A DNA stretch of 64,000 nt from Candidatus Woesearchaeota archaeon (GCA_964509675.1 CAZDXC010000002.1:7425-71424); one strand, 5' to 3'; shown: positions 36,201 through 47,379, counted from the stretch's first letter. Notes: generated by a model not told the origin, from the letters alone. Numbers and translations: made by a program.

Positions 36201-36725
36201 TTATATTTTTAAATTATATGTCTCAAGATTTTCATAAATCGGTCCTTTTTCTGTCAAAATTGATTTCTTTAAATTAAAATTATTAACAATAAATTTCATT
36301 TTTGAAATTTCCACTTTTTTCAATTTCTCAAGAAATCTCTTTTTGTCTTTTATTGATTTTATTCTTGCAATAGTCAGATGAGACATAAATCTTTTTTCTT
36401 TTTCAAATAAATCCTTAAGCTTATTATCTATCTCTCTCTGTAATCCATCACAGTTTTTTATATGCAGCCAGATAATTTTGATAAATTTTTCTGAAAAAAC
36501 TCCTATTGAATCAATCTCTGCCTCAAATTTCTTAAACTCAATTTCTTTCAATTTTTCTCTAATCTTTCCGATTTTTTCATAATTAACTTCGCCCAAAAAC
36601 TTCAAAGTTAAATGCAAATTATCTGTTTCAGTTTTCTTACCCTTAAACTTTGGAAGGGAATCCCGAATATTAACAATTTTCTTTTTTATTTCATTAGGAA
36701 TCTCTATTGAAATGAATGCTCTCAT
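36201..36725 (-). CDS. thpR: RNA 2',3'-cyclic phosphodiesterase / 2'-5' RNA ligase (LigT/ThpR)
   Basis: Two H-x-T-x motifs: HLTLKFLGE and HLTIARIK. Confidence 0.7.
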   Translation of the reverse strand: MRAFISIEIPNEIKKKIVNIRDSLPKFKGKKTETDNLHLTLKFLGEVNYEKIGKIREKLKEIEFKKFEAEIDSIGVFSEKFIKIIWLHIKNCDGLQREIDNKLKDLFEKEKRFMSHLTIARIKSIKDKKRFLEKLKKVEISKMKFIVNNFNLKKSILTEKGPIYENLETYNLKI

Positions 36726-37534
36726 AATAACTCTGCAAGTATTTTTGCTCCAAGTTTAACAGTCATATTATTATGTAATTTATCCATAAGGGGGTTAATT
36801 TCAACAATATCAACTGCCCTTAAAGTTTTTATTTTTTTTATGCGTTGCATTAAAAAGATGAATTGTCTGCTGCTCAGTCCTCCTGGCTCCAAATATCCTG
36901 TTGCAGGGGCAAACACAGGATCTATTATGTCTATATCAACTGAAACATACAATTCAGAATTTGCTTTATTTGAAAATTCCATAATTGTATCACACATATC
37001 ATTCAAGTCTTCTGCAAGATTAGACATAGAAAGTGTCTTTATGTTATTTTCCTTCAAAAATCTTATCTCCTCTCTCCAAACATTTCTCAGTCCAACAATT
37101 AAAACATTTTCCTTAGGAAATCCCCCTTCTATTAACTTTCTAAGCCATTCTTCATGGCTCGGTTCCTGCATTGCAGGCATGCAGTCTGCATGTGCATCAA
37201 AAACTATCAAGCAAGGCTCTTTTTCTAAATTTTTACAATGTTCTAAAAAACCCCTTCCCAAAGGATAACTTATGCTATGGTCCCCTCCTAAAAAAATAAC
37301 CTTGGACTTTGTTTCAAAAATCTTTAAAGAATTATCATAGACTAATTTATTGCTTAATTCCATGTTGGAATTATCCAAATGAATTTCTTCCAAATCTAAA
37401 AGAGATGAATCAATTATATTTCCCTGCTCATTGCTATGAATTTCTTTTAAAGATTCCAAAATGGCATTCCCTGCTTTTTCACAGCCTTTTGTTTTTCCCA
37501 AGCCGTTAATTCCAGGAACTTTAACAATAAACAT
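36722..37534 (-). CDS. speB: Agmatinase / arginase-family ureohydrolase
   Basis: GGDHSISYP, VFDAHADC, SVDIDIIDP, Mn-binding signatures. Confidence 0.7.
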   Translation of the reverse strand: MFIVKVPGINGLGKTKGCEKAGNAILESLKEIHSNEQGNIIDSSLLDLEEIHLDNSNMELSNKLVYDNSLKIFETKSKVIFLGGDHSISYPLGRGFLEHCKNLEKEPCLIVFDAHADCMPAMQEPSHEEWLRKLIEGGFPKENVLIVGLRNVWREEIRFLKENNIKTLSMSNLAEDLNDMCDTIMEFSNKANSELYVSVDIDIIDPVFAPATGYLEPGGLSSRQFIFLMQRIKKIKTLRAVDIVEINPLMDKLHNNMTVKLGAKILAELL

Positions 37535-37605
37535 GAAATTAACAGAGGGGATGCTCTTTTAAAACTATTCCTGAATAGAAGTTAAAAAAAGTTCTTATCC
37601 TAAGA

Positions 37606-38808
37606 TTAATCCTTAGGAACAAGTGCAAGAAAACTGTAATTTTTAAGATTGGCAAGTTTCTTAACATCTTCTAATTTTACTTCAGATATATTTTTTTCAA
37701 AATTATAAAATTCTTTTGCATTTCCATCAATTTCATATAAAAGCAGATTAATTAATTGCATCTGAGAATCTTCCATTGAAATCTGATAATTTCCTGTCAT
37801 TTGTTCTTTAACCTGCTTCAATTCTTTTTCTGTAAGCCCTTTAGTCACTTTTTCAAATTCTCTGATAATTATGTCTTTTACAATTTCAACATTTTGTTTT
37901 ATAGTTCCTACGTAAATGGTATTATAAGCAAAAAATTTGGTTATATTTGAGTCTCCCTTAACAGCATAGGCAAGATTTCTCTTTTCTCTTATTTCGCCGA
38001 ATAATCTTGAAGACATCCCTCCCGCTGTTAACACCCCTAAAATTTCTGCTGCATAACATCTCTTGTCTGTTGATAAAGGAACATGATAGGCAAAAATAAG
38101 ATTGGCTTGGTCAATTCCTTTTCTTTCTTCAATTTCAACAGAATTTTGGGGAGAAAATTTAATTTCAGGAACTTTTCCTTTTATTTTTCCAAAAGTATTT
38201 TCTGCAAATTCTATAATTTTGTCAAAATCTGCATTTCCAACAATTCCCAAAATCATGTTATTTGGTTGATAGATTTGCTTGAACCTATTGATTATTTTTT
38301 TTCTGTCAATCGAACTCATCGTTTCATAAGTTCCTATAATTGGGAAACCCAAAGTCCCCCTATACAATTCCTTTTGTATGTTGTCAAGAACATAAATATG
38401 GGGGTTATCCTTTCTCATTTTGATCTCCTCAAAAATAACTTTTCTTTCTTTCTCTAATTCTTTTTCATCAAAGAGGGGATTTTTAATCATATCACTCAAT
38501 ACATCTAACGCTGTATTCAAATACTTGCTTGGAATTTTGCACCAATAAGCTGTGATTGCCTCATCTGTAAAGCCGTTAAGTTCTCCTCCTTTTTTCTCTA
38601 TTTCTTCAGCAATCTTTTTTGCATTTCTTTTTTTCGTTCCCTTGTAAAGCATGTGTTCAATAAAATGAGAAATGCCTTTTTCTGAAAGTGATTCATTCAT
38701 ACCTCCGCTTCTTACAGCAAATGCAACAGCAACAACAGGAAGTTCTCTTTTTTCGAAGATAACAGTCATTCCATTCTTAAGAACTCGCCTGTAAAACTCC
38801 GGTTTCAT
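37606..38808 (-). CDS. M16-family zinc peptidase (pitrilysin-like)
   Basis: Inverted zincin motif HFIEHMLYKG and a downstream E in ..EAITAYW; the start is probably MKPEFYRR. Confidence 0.65.
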   Translation of the reverse strand: MKPEFYRRVLKNGMTVIFEKRELPVVAVAFAVRSGGMNESLSEKGISHFIEHMLYKGTKKRNAKKIAEEIEKKGGELNGFTDEAITAYWCKIPSKYLNTALDVLSDMIKNPLFDEKELEKERKVIFEEIKMRKDNPHIYVLDNIQKELYRGTLGFPIIGTYETMSSIDRKKIINRFKQIYQPNNMILGIVGNADFDKIIEFAENTFGKIKGKVPEIKFSPQNSVEIEERKGIDQANLIFAYHVPLSTDKRCYAAEILGVLTAGGMSSRLFGEIREKRNLAYAVKGDSNITKFFAYNTIYVGTIKQNVEIVKDIIIREFEKVTKGLTEKELKQVKEQMTGNYQISMEDSQMQLINLLLYEIDGNAKEFYNFEKNISEVKLEDVKKLANLKNYSFLALVPKD

Positions 38809-38837
38809 AGAATAGAAAAAAATACAAGATATATAAA

Positions 38838-39605
38838 TCATTTGTTGAAGATCAAATATCTTTCATTTCCCATCCTAAAATCATCGAGAAGATTAAAGTT
38901 TTCTTTAATAAAATCAACAATCCACCTTCTATTTGCCTTAAATTTAACCCTGTTTCCTAAACTTTTTGTCGCAAAGCTTATTACAACCTTGTCTGCAAGT
39001 GGAACAATTTCTGAAATTAATTCAATTGAATAATTTCTTTTTAACATTTCCAAGGCATCAATAACCTTGAAAAGCAAAACAATCCTTGGTTTCTTTTCTT
39101 TGAAGATTATTTTTTTAACTTTTTCTTTTTCAAATAAACTTAGATGAATCGCCCTTCCATTCAATTTGTTCTTTTCAAAATAAAAATTCATCAATTTATC
39201 AAGCTGTCCTACAGATTCTATTGCTGTGTATTTCGCATTTATTTTAAAGAATTTATAACTGAATCCATTAATTCCTGCCCCCAAGTCAATTATGCTTGCT
39301 TTTTTATATTCTTCAAAAATTTTTTTATAAATTTCCTTATAATAAGCCAATCTTTCTCTTGTAGAAATGTGTTTTCTAAGAATCCACTCTGGCTCTTTTT
39401 CTTTCAGAGACAGAATCTTCTTGCTTATAAAAACACTAAAAACTTTTCTCAATAATTCTTTTGTCAGCCTTATCTTTTCTTCTTCGCTGACTTGCCTCTT
39501 TTGAAAATGACTAAAAGCCATTTCAATATCTTCTTCTGGCAATTGAGAGAACTCTCTTTTTTCTCTGATTTCCTCAAGAATTTTTCTGTTCATTTTTACT
39601 AACAA
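38838..39605 (-). CDS. Putative SAM-dependent methyltransferase
   Basis: ASIIDLGAGINGFS Rossmann-like motif in a 255-aa protein. Confidence 0.3.
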   Translation of the reverse strand: MLVKMNRKILEEIREKREFSQLPEEDIEMAFSHFQKRQVSEEEKIRLTKELLRKVFSVFISKKILSLKEKEPEWILRKHISTRERLAYYKEIYKKIFEEYKKASIIDLGAGINGFSYKFFKINAKYTAIESVGQLDKLMNFYFEKNKLNGRAIHLSLFEKEKVKKIIFKEKKPRIVLLFKVIDALEMLKRNYSIELISEIVPLADKVVISFATKSLGNRVKFKANRRWIVDFIKENFNLLDDFRMGNERYLIFNK

Positions 39606-40176
39606 ATTTGTTTCCCTTAATATAAAATCTCATTTTTTCGGGCAAATCTCTTTTTAAGCCAATCCTAAAACTTTCGACAATTTCGGGTTTATCAATCCTG
39701 TTTTCTATCCAAAAATCATTTAAATCAAAAATATTCTTCTTATGAAAACCTTTATTTATAACAAAAGCTCTTGTCAACAAACCAGGACCAGAACAATTTA
39801 AAACAAAATTCAAAGGTTCCAAGGCTCTTAATAAAACTGCCTCTGCCTTCTTTGGTTTATTTGTTATAAAATTTATAAGCCAGTTATTATGAACTCCATA
39901 AACCAGGATTGTTCCAGGAGCCATAAGCATCGTTTTTCTTAAATCCCCATTTTGCCCTGCTCTGCTTCCAGGATCATTTTCATCAAAATAAGCTTCGGTT
40001 TCAATTATTTTTGCCTTTAATTCCTTGCCGTTGATTTTTCTGACTAATATTTTCCCAAGCAATTCTTGGGCAACTTGTCTTGCATCTCCCGAAAAGAAAT
40101 TCTTTCCAATTCTTTTTTCTTTCATAAGTTTTTTAATATAAACAAGTTTAAAAGATGTATGCCAATTAATGCTCAT
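39574..40176 (-). CDS. mpg: DNA-3-methyladenine glycosylase (MPG/AAG family)
   Basis: [42 protein letters not shown] match the MPG family; the start may be an internal Met. Confidence 0.65.
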   Translation of the reverse strand: MSINWHTSFKLVYIKKLMKEKRIGKNFFSGDARQVAQELLGKILVRKINGKELKAKIIETEAYFDENDPGSRAGQNGDLRKTMLMAPGTILVYGVHNNWLINFITNKPKKAEAVLLRALEPLNFVLNCSGPGLLTRAFVINKGFHKKNIFDLNDFWIENRIDKPEIVESFRIGLKRDLPEKMRFYIKGNKFVSKNEQKNS

Positions 40177-41070
40177 CCAGATTATTTAGCAGCAGAAAAA
40201 GAATATTTTCTGGCAGAAAATGATGAAGACAAGTTAAAAGCACTGGAAAAGATGATTTCTCTTGCTCCAAAACACAAGGGAGCTGAAAACCTGAGAGCCC
40301 AGTTAAAAACGCGATACAAAAAACTAAAAGAAAAAATAATATCTGAAAAGAAATCCAGGAAAAGTTCAAGAGCAGGAATAAAAAAAGAAGAAATGCAGGC
40401 AGTAATAACTGGAAAAACAGGAACAGGAAAATCCTCTCTTCTTTCTCTTCTGACAAATGCACGCCCAGAAATAGCCGATTATCCCTTTACAACAAAAGTT
40501 CCCATAGTTGGCATGATAGATTACAAGGGAACAGGAATCCAGTTAATAGAAAATCCGGCAGTTGAATCAGAATATTATGACAAGGGATTGACAAACAATG
40601 CAGACAGCATATTGATATTAATAACAAACCTAAATCAGATACAGGAAATAGAAAAAAAATTAAATAAGGCAACAGGAAAAAGGATAATTGTTTTTAATAA
40701 AACAGATTTATTGTCTGAAAATGAGAAAAGAAAAGTTTCCTCTACTCTGGCAAGCAAAAAATATAATTTCAAACTAATCTCCTCAAAAACAGAGGAGGGA
40801 ATTGAAGCACTTAAAGAAAAAATTTTTCGTAGTTTTGAAAAAATAAGAATTTATACAAGACAACCAAGAGAACGCACAAAAAGCAACAAACCAATAATCT
40901 TACCCCCAAACAGCATTGTAAAGGATGTGGCCGAAAAAATATTAAAAGGTTTTTCGTCTCAGGTTCTGCAAACTAAAATATGGGGCCCTTCAAGCAAGTT
41001 TCCAGGACAAATAGTTGGTTTGAAGCATAAATTGCGCGATTTGGATATTGTTGAATTCAAAACAAAGTAA
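40159..41070 (+). CDS. OBG/DRG-family GTPase with a C-terminal TGS domain
   Basis: G1 [13 protein letters not shown]2 YPFTT, G4 NKTD; C-terminal [42 protein letters not shown]-like; the start is taken at MPINAH. Confidence 0.6.
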   Translation: MPINAHPDYLAAEKEYFLAENDEDKLKALEKMISLAPKHKGAENLRAQLKTRYKKLKEKIISEKKSRKSSRAGIKKEEMQAVITGKTGTGKSSLLSLLTNARPEIADYPFTTKVPIVGMIDYKGTGIQLIENPAVESEYYDKGLTNNADSILILITNLNQIQEIEKKLNKATGKRIIVFNKTDLLSENEKRKVSSTLASKKYNFKLISSKTEEGIEALKEKIFRSFEKIRIYTRQPRERTKSNKPIILPPNSIVKDVAEKILKGFSSQVLQTKIWGPSSKFPGQIVGLKHKLRDLDIVEFKTK

Positions 41071-41071
41071 A

Positions 41072-42037
41072 TTATTTATAGCTCTTCCTGATTGGAGAAA
41101 TAATTTTCTCTAAATATTCTGTGACTGCATTCTTTAAATCAAGAGGATGCAATTTCCCAAGAGAATAATTTTTTTCAAGCTCAGTATAGTTCTTAAATTT
41201 TATATTGCCGCCAAATTTATCCGCTCTTTTTATTTCAACAGAGTCAAATTTCGGAAAAATAATTAATTTAGTAATTTGTAAAATTGGATTTTCTTTGATT
41301 TCTCTTTCAGGACAATAGGCTTTTGCAATTGTTTTTTTTATCTCTTCATAAGAATCTGTAATAGAAATGCCGCTTCCTGCAATAGATTTTGACATTTTTT
41401 CTCCGGGCCCCCTCAATGAAGTTATTAAAGGAGTGTGTATTGCAATAAATTTATGATTAAGAACATTGTCCATATCTTTTCCAAGCATATGCACTTTTCT
41501 CTGTTCCATTCCCCCAAGAGCAACATCTAATTTCAAATGTTTGATATCTGTAATCTGCATTAGAGGATACCATAATTGAGAAATCGTAGCATTACTTATG
41601 TCACGAGCAATTTCCTGCATACTCCTTAATCCTCTTTGAATAGTGGACGCATGTGCAAGTTTCATAACATCTAGCTGATAATTCTTGTTGAATTCAAAAC
41701 TGCTTCCTAAAACAACTTCTGCGTTAATTCCTATAGCTTTAATTGTTTTTTTCCAATTTTCAACTTCCTTTTTTATGCTTTCTTCTGAGCCTTTCCTATT
41801 TAAAAAAGCATGGATGTCTGCAAGCAAAATAACAACCTTGAAGCCAGCCTTTTCCAAATCCATAAGTTTTGTTATTGTAACAAAATGTCCCAGATGCATG
41901 GGGCCAGAAGGCTCATAACCACAATAAACTTTCAGACTTTTTTTCTTTTTTAGCAAATCTTTTAATCCATCCAAACTGACAATCTCCTCTGTATTTCTTT
42001 TTATTAATTCAAGTTTATCATTGTTATTCATAACCAC
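41072..42037 (-). CDS. tyrS: Tyrosyl-tRNA synthetase (short archaeal type)
   Basis: HIGH motif GPMHLGHF, KMSKS present, 321 aa. Confidence 0.7.
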   Translation of the reverse strand: MVMNNNDKLELIKRNTEEIVSLDGLKDLLKKKKSLKVYCGYEPSGPMHLGHFVTITKLMDLEKAGFKVVILLADIHAFLNRKGSEESIKKEVENWKKTIKAIGINAEVVLGSSFEFNKNYQLDVMKLAHASTIQRGLRSMQEIARDISNATISQLWYPLMQITDIKHLKLDVALGGMEQRKVHMLGKDMDNVLNHKFIAIHTPLITSLRGPGEKMSKSIAGSGISITDSYEEIKKTIAKAYCPEREIKENPILQITKLIIFPKFDSVEIKRADKFGGNIKFKNYTELEKNYSLGKLHPLDLKNAVTEYLEKIISPIRKSYK

Positions 42038-42076
42038 ATAAATAAATATTAATTATTAAACTTTTTTATAAATAGA

Positions 42077-43270
42077 ATGTTAGCAGAGATTTTAATCTCA
42101 ACCTTTATTGGAGTTTTTGCTGGAACATTCACAGGCTTAATGCCAGGAATTCATATAAATCTGATTGGAACAATTTTAATTGGTTTATCTGCAACTCTTT
42201 TTTCTCTAATAAATCCAATTTACCTAATTTCCTTCATAGCCTCAATGGCAATTACCCACACTTTTGTTGACTTCATACCCAGCATATTTCTTGGTTGCCC
42301 AGATACAGAAACACAACTCTCTGTTCTCCCAGGGCATGAATTATTAAAAGAAGGAAAGGGATATGAAGCAGTCATGCTTACTGCAAAAGGAGGAATTTCA
42401 GGGATTTTTATTTTTCTCCTGCTTTCTTTCCCATTAGCATTTCTTATTTCAAGAATATATGACTTAGTTCATTCTTTGATGTTTTGGATATTGCTAGTAA
42501 CTTCCTTTCTGCTGATTTTCACAGAAAAAAGAAAATTTACTGCGCTTTTTGTATTCTTAATTTCAGGACTTTTAGGGCTGTGTGTTTTAAACTCAGGAGT
42601 TAAAGAACCGCTCCTTCCACTCTTAACAGGATTGTTTGGAAGTTCAATGCTTATCATGAGCATAAAAAATAAAATTCAAATTTCTCCCCAAAAAATAAAT
42701 TATCCAAAAGGCAAAATAATCAGGCCCATAATAGGAGCAATTATTGCTTCTCCGTTATGTGGCTTTCTTCCTGGATTGGGAAGCGGGCAAGCAGCCATAC
42801 TTGGAAATAATATCTCAAGAACAGACAAAAAAGGATTTCTTGTATTAATAGGTTCTACAAATATTTTGGTTATGGGTTTGTCTTTTGTATCGCTGTATGC
42901 AATCTCCAAAGCAAGAACAGGTGCAGCTGCGACGATTGGAGAAATAATAGGAGTTCTCTCCTGGAAAATTTTGATAATCTTGTTATTTGTGGTTTTAACA
43001 AGCGGAATAATTTCCTTTCTGCTTGTAAAAATTTTGGCAGGATATTTTTCACAAAAAATAAACAAAATAAACTATTCTATGCTTTCAATCATAACGCTTA
43101 TTCTTTTAATTGTAATTGTTTTCTTTTTTTCCGGATTTTGGGGATTTCTTATTTTATTAGCATCAACATTAACAGGAATTTATTGCAATTCCTTGGGGAT
43201 AAAGAAAACTCATATGATGGGTTGTCTTTTAATTCCGACAATCCTTTTTTACTTTTTAAAAATCATTTAA
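42077..43270 (+). CDS. Polytopic membrane protein, TctA/DUF112-like
   Basis: About 12 TM helices; repeated GxxPGxxxxxxA-like motifs (GLMPGIHINLIG, GFLPGLGSGQAAI). Confidence 0.4.
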   Translation: MLAEILISTFIGVFAGTFTGLMPGIHINLIGTILIGLSATLFSLINPIYLISFIASMAITHTFVDFIPSIFLGCPDTETQLSVLPGHELLKEGKGYEAVMLTAKGGISGIFIFLLLSFPLAFLISRIYDLVHSLMFWILLVTSFLLIFTEKRKFTALFVFLISGLLGLCVLNSGVKEPLLPLLTGLFGSSMLIMSIKNKIQISPQKINYPKGKIIRPIIGAIIASPLCGFLPGLGSGQAAILGNNISRTDKKGFLVLIGSTNILVMGLSFVSLYAISKARTGAAATIGEIIGVLSWKILIILLFVVLTSGIISFLLVKILAGYFSQKINKINYSMLSIITLILLIVIVFFFSGFWGFLILLASTLTGIYCNSLGIKKTHMMGCLLIPTILFYFLKII

Positions 43271-46200
43271 AACCATTTCTCAATGCTTTCTTGTTTCTCT
43301 AATTCTTTTCCAAAAATACTATCAATATTTTCTTTAATAATTTGAAGATTTTGTTTTATATAGATAGAAAGATTATATCTTTCTGCCAAATCTAATGCTG
43401 GCTCAAGGTATTTTTTAATCCCTCCTTCATTGATTGTAAAAATAATTTTCCCGCCGCACTTATGACAAATTCCGGTCAAAGGAGGACGTCTCATAATTTC
43501 ATTGCAGGAAACGCACCTAAATCCTTGCATAGAAAATTTTCTTAGATTCCCTTTTAAATCTTTTAAAAAATGTCTATCAATAATCAGTTTAGCTGTATCA
43601 GAAGTATCTACTGCCCGAATTTTTTCAACCAACCCCATCTGGTGATTCACCTTATCCTGCATTGTTGCTAGAAGTTTATAAGAAGAACAAACAACACCAT
43701 CATTGAGATTGGAAGTATCATGTGTATATCCCATTCCAACAAAAGGATTTTTTTCTTCTTTTAACATAGTTCTTACATTGTTTATTTTTATTTCAGAAGA
43801 ATGTTTCCCTTGTTCTGCAAGTTGGTACAGTTCAAGAGGATATTCAGTTGTAAATTCAAAATCCAAGATTTGGTCATCGACTTCCCCCGCATCAATTCTT
43901 GAATTTAAAACAAGAGGAGCATCCTGTGTTCCTCCCCGATGTCCCGGAAGAAACTTTTTTGAAAAATTCAACAAAACATCTCCTAAAAGCATAATTGCTG
44001 CTTCATCACCATCACAATCTCTTCTTATTGCAGCATGCATGTATGGACTTGCTAAAAGCCCCAAAGTATTAGAAAATCCAATAAACCTGCATATAACCCC
44101 TGCGCAATTATGGGGAGCCATGCAAACTCCAATCTGCCCAACCAAATCCTCTCTTTTTTTTACATTATAAAAAGTTTCCAAACCATAAAAATTCGTCAAT
44201 AAAAAATCTATAAAATTGCAAACCCTCATAAAAACATCATCGGCTTTTTCATCAATGGATTTTACAGGACTTGGCAAAATAATGTCATGAGGCATCAATT
44301 CCAGAATCTGTTCTTCATCAACCAAGTCTTTTCCGTAAATGTCTTTCTCGTACCCCAACTCTTTTAACTTCTTTATACTCACAAAGATTTCTTTGGGTTT
44401 GAAAGAAACGATAGGCAATTCTGTTGCATCAAATCTTACTGTCCCGTCTTTGTTAACCTGGAGATTATACATTGCTCTTGTAATTCCTTTGCAAAGGTTC
44501 TCTATATCATGGTTTTGAGAAGATGTTCCTCTTATCCCTTTAATCAAAGGAGGAATGTCTGTTTTTGGGATTTTTAATTTCTCTGCAGCTTTTTCAAGAT
44601 AATATTTTATATCAATGTCTTTTATTTGGTATGTTTGAGTGTGTTTATGCTCTCTGCAAATATCAAAAGAAGATTTGTTGCATTCACTGCAATAAAAAAT
44701 TTCTCTTGATTTCTTTTCGCAATTCTCGCAGACAGGATAAATTGTTTCTTTCTTGCAATTTTCACAATAATAAACAGGAAAGGTACTTCTCACAAATCCT
44801 TCCTCACATGCTGCCTGTACACTCCTCAATCTCCCTCCTTCTCTTCCTACAGGAAACAATATGTTTGGACTCCCAACCAATTTTCTTAATTTTGCTTTTT
44901 CGGGTCGTCCCATCCTTGCTCCTATAAATTCTCCGGCTTTATCTTTAATTGTAAATTCTGAAACAGAATTCACTATCGCCAAAACATTTTTGTCTGAGTT
45001 AAATTTATTTTCATCAATAAAATCAGAAAGAAGAACATTTTTTTCTAAAACAGCAAGATCAATTCCAAGATTCAAAAGTAATGCCTTACTGTTTGTCTTA
45101 TTTAACACAACATTTTCTATTGTTACTTCATGCTCAATTCCAAGAAGCTCCAAAGCTCTTTTTCCTTCTTTAAATTTTTCTTGCTCTGATTTGCCATAAG
45201 GAAAAATTATTTTTTCATCTACTCTTGAATTTTTAAGCCACCTTATCAATTCAAAAAATTGTTCTTTGGAAATTTGTGTCCAATAAAAAATATATTGTGG
45301 ATAAAGCGGAACATTAAAACCTCTACTTATTTCAATTGCTTTTTCAACAGAGATATCAGAAAAATTTGTCTTTTTTTCAAAAACCTCATCTTTCTGCCTT
45401 AATTCCAGTTTCCACCATTCTTCCACATATCCTGGCTTTATTAAATTCGAATTTCTGTTTGCAACATCGCTAAAAGGAAACAAAATATCTCCAAAATAAA
45501 TTATTTCATCAACATCAGGATAAAGTCTTTGGGCTTCTTCTTTGGTATTTATCTTTCTTACACTTCCGTTAAACAGTTTAACTGTGGGTCCCTCAATAGA
45601 ATCACAAGAAGTAACAACACAACCTTTTGTTGGCTTCTCAATTTTTAGTTGTGTTCCTATTGCAATAAAAGAATCACTGATTCCCATTGTTGCAGGATGT
45701 AAGGAAGTTGCACTAAACCCAGAAGTTCTTCCTCTCCCATATCTAAACCTAAAGGCTCCTGACCTTGAGGGATGTCCAAATACAGGCCTGCCGGCAACCA
45801 AATCTTGAATATAGGTTGGAGAATCTTCTGTTTTTCCCACTTCTCTTCTTTCATGCAATTTTACATAATCCTCTAAGAAATCAAACCCTGTCGATTTAAG
45901 CCCCCTTGCTTTTACTTCTTTTAAAAGTCTGAGCCCCTTTTTTGCTTTTTGTGCAAGTCCTTCTGAGAAAATCAAGCACATTCCCCCCCTGAGAAAATTA
46001 GTTTCAACTCTTGACAAATTCTTGTAATTAGAAACCTCTACTTTTTCTGTTGGGTCCCCTGCAATTTGAATGGGGAGATTTTGGGCCAAAAATGTTGCTT
46101 CTTCAACAGTCGGAAGATATTGTAGATTAGTTACAAATTCATGATAATCATAATTCTCAGTAACATATCTCTTCACTTCTTCCTCAATAGGATCATATTT

Positions 46201-46725
46201 TTCATAACCAAACATTTCCCTCAAATAATCAATGAGCATTAAAACAACACAACTTGCTGTCGTCCCTGCACTTCTGATTGGCCCTGAAAAAGAAGCAATA
46301 ATATATTCCTTATTATCTCTCGTTTTTCCGATTTTCAATCCAGTATATCCTTCTATTGGAGAAGAAACAACCCCCAGCGTAGTGTAAGCAAAACCAATTC
46401 TTATTCCTGCATCAATTGCTTCCAATAAACTGGCAAATTTGCAATATTTTTGTTTTGCAATCTCTTCTGCAATTTTGAAAGAAACCACAATATTTAGTTT
46501 TCCAAATTGTTTTTCCAATTCAAGAATTCTGTTTGCTATTTTTGAGTTTTCCATCTGGGGGTAAATAGTTGAAATCAACCCCACAACTTTTTCAGCCAGA
46601 CTTCTCGCTAATGGAACTTCTACCTTGTTTACAGGATCAAGATTTTTCTCTCTTGCTTTTTCTGCTATATCGTATACTTTTTTCAGGCGCTTCTCCAAAT
46701 CAAGAAAATATTTTTGAGAATCCAT
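43267..46725 (-). CDS. dp2: DNA polymerase II (PolD) large subunit DP2
   Basis: 1152 aa; Cys clusters CENCKKETIYPVCENCEKK..CSEC and CVSCNEIMRRPPLTGICHKCGG; colinear with archaeal DP2; no intein-sized insertion. Confidence 0.85.
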   Translation of the reverse strand: MDSQKYFLDLEKRLKKVYDIAEKAREKNLDPVNKVEVPLARSLAEKVVGLISTIYPQMENSKIANRILELEKQFGKLNIVVSFKIAEEIAKQKYCKFASLLEAIDAGIRIGFAYTTLGVVSSPIEGYTGLKIGKTRDNKEYIIASFSGPIRSAGTTASCVVLMLIDYLREMFGYEKYDPIEEEVKRYVTENYDYHEFVTNLQYLPTVEEATFLAQNLPIQIAGDPTEKVEVSNYKNLSRVETNFLRGGMCLIFSEGLAQKAKKGLRLLKEVKARGLKSTGFDFLEDYVKLHERREVGKTEDSPTYIQDLVAGRPVFGHPSRSGAFRFRYGRGRTSGFSATSLHPATMGISDSFIAIGTQLKIEKPTKGCVVTSCDSIEGPTVKLFNGSVRKINTKEEAQRLYPDVDEIIYFGDILFPFSDVANRNSNLIKPGYVEEWWKLELRQKDEVFEKKTNFSDISVEKAIEISRGFNVPLYPQYIFYWTQISKEQFFELIRWLKNSRVDEKIIFPYGKSEQEKFKEGKRALELLGIEHEVTIENVVLNKTNSKALLLNLGIDLAVLEKNVLLSDFIDENKFNSDKNVLAIVNSVSEFTIKDKAGEFIGARMGRPEKAKLRKLVGSPNILFPVGREGGRLRSVQAACEEGFVRSTFPVYYCENCKKETIYPVCENCEKKSREIFYCSECNKSSFDICREHKHTQTYQIKDIDIKYYLEKAAEKLKIPKTDIPPLIKGIRGTSSQNHDIENLCKGITRAMYNLQVNKDGTVRFDATELPIVSFKPKEIFVSIKKLKELGYEKDIYGKDLVDEEQILELMPHDIILPSPVKSIDEKADDVFMRVCNFIDFLLTNFYGLETFYNVKKREDLVGQIGVCMAPHNCAGVICRFIGFSNTLGLLASPYMHAAIRRDCDGDEAAIMLLGDVLLNFSKKFLPGHRGGTQDAPLVLNSRIDAGEVDDQILDFEFTTEYPLELYQLAEQGKHSSEIKINNVRTMLKEEKNPFVGMGYTHDTSNLNDGVVCSSYKLLATMQDKVNHQMGLVEKIRAVDTSDTAKLIIDRHFLKDLKGNLRKFSMQGFRCVSCNEIMRRPPLTGICHKCGGKIIFTINEGGIKKYLEPALDLAERYNLSIYIKQNLQIIKENIDSIFGKELEKQESIEKWF

Positions 46726-47379
46726 TTAACTCTCTTCTATAATTTTATTTAATTCTCTAAAATCCCGTATAATATATTTTACATATTTTTTTGTTTTTTC
46801 TGTTTTTGGATTAAAAGCAACAGGTATTCCCACGATTCTAAAAATAGGAATGTCATTTTCATTATCTCCAACATAAACAATTTCCTCAAGTTTCAAGTTT
46901 TTCTCATCCGCTATCCTTAACAATTCCAAATCTTTTTCCCATAAATTCAAATTAGATTCTCCTTTTCCGGTAAAAAAACCTCCTTTAATCTCAATACTAT
47001 TGCTGATTGAAAAATCAAAGCCAAATTCTTCTTTTATTTTATCAGCAACAAGACTTACCCCCGAACTTATTATTCCTCTAACAAAACCATTTCTTTTATA
47101 AAAAAAATCTCTGGCTCCAAGAGAATAAGGGATAGGAAATAGATAATCTTCCACACTCTTAACACTAATGTCTGTCAGAAGAGCCACTTCTGTTTTATAC
47201 CATTCTCTGTAAAGGTTTCTTCTGGGATAGTAAAAATCTCTTACCCTTATCCATTCTTTTTTTTGTTCGTCTGAGAGAGATTTCGTTAATGCATCCCAAG
47301 AAGAATGAAATGGTTCATTGGGATAGTTCACTAAAGTTCCGTCCATATCACAAATTATTGCCTTAACTTTCATCTTCAA
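46726..47379 (-). CDS. HAD-superfamily phosphatase
   Basis: Motif I ICDMDGTLV and motif IV VGDNENDIP. Confidence 0.6.
   Translation of the reverse strand: MKMKVKAIICDMDGTLVNYPNEPFHSSWDALTKSLSDEQKKEWIRVRDFYYPRRNLYREWYKTEVALLTDISVKSVEDYLFPIPYSLGARDFFYKRNGFVRGIISSGVSLVADKIKEEFGFDFSISNSIEIKGGFFTGKGESNLNLWEKDLELLRIADEKNLKLEEIVYVGDNENDIPIFRIVGIPVAFNPKTEKTKKYVKYIIRDFRELNKIIEES

Noticed and set aside
35064-37509. Minus-strand ORF 35064-35486 and plus-strand ORFs 36840-37268 and 37309-37509
   Set aside because: Antisense to the ERCC4 nuclease and agmatinase genes respectively; no motifs
43703-45854. Plus-strand ORFs inside the PolD large-subunit gene (43703-44170, 44565-44927, 44861-45199, 45542-45808)
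   Set aside because: Antisense to a 1152-aa conserved gene with clear PolD DP2 motifs; spurious
43267-46725. Intein in PolD DP2
   Set aside because: The 1152-aa length matches intein-free DP2 and no intein block motifs (e.g. the C-terminal HN splice junction) are evident
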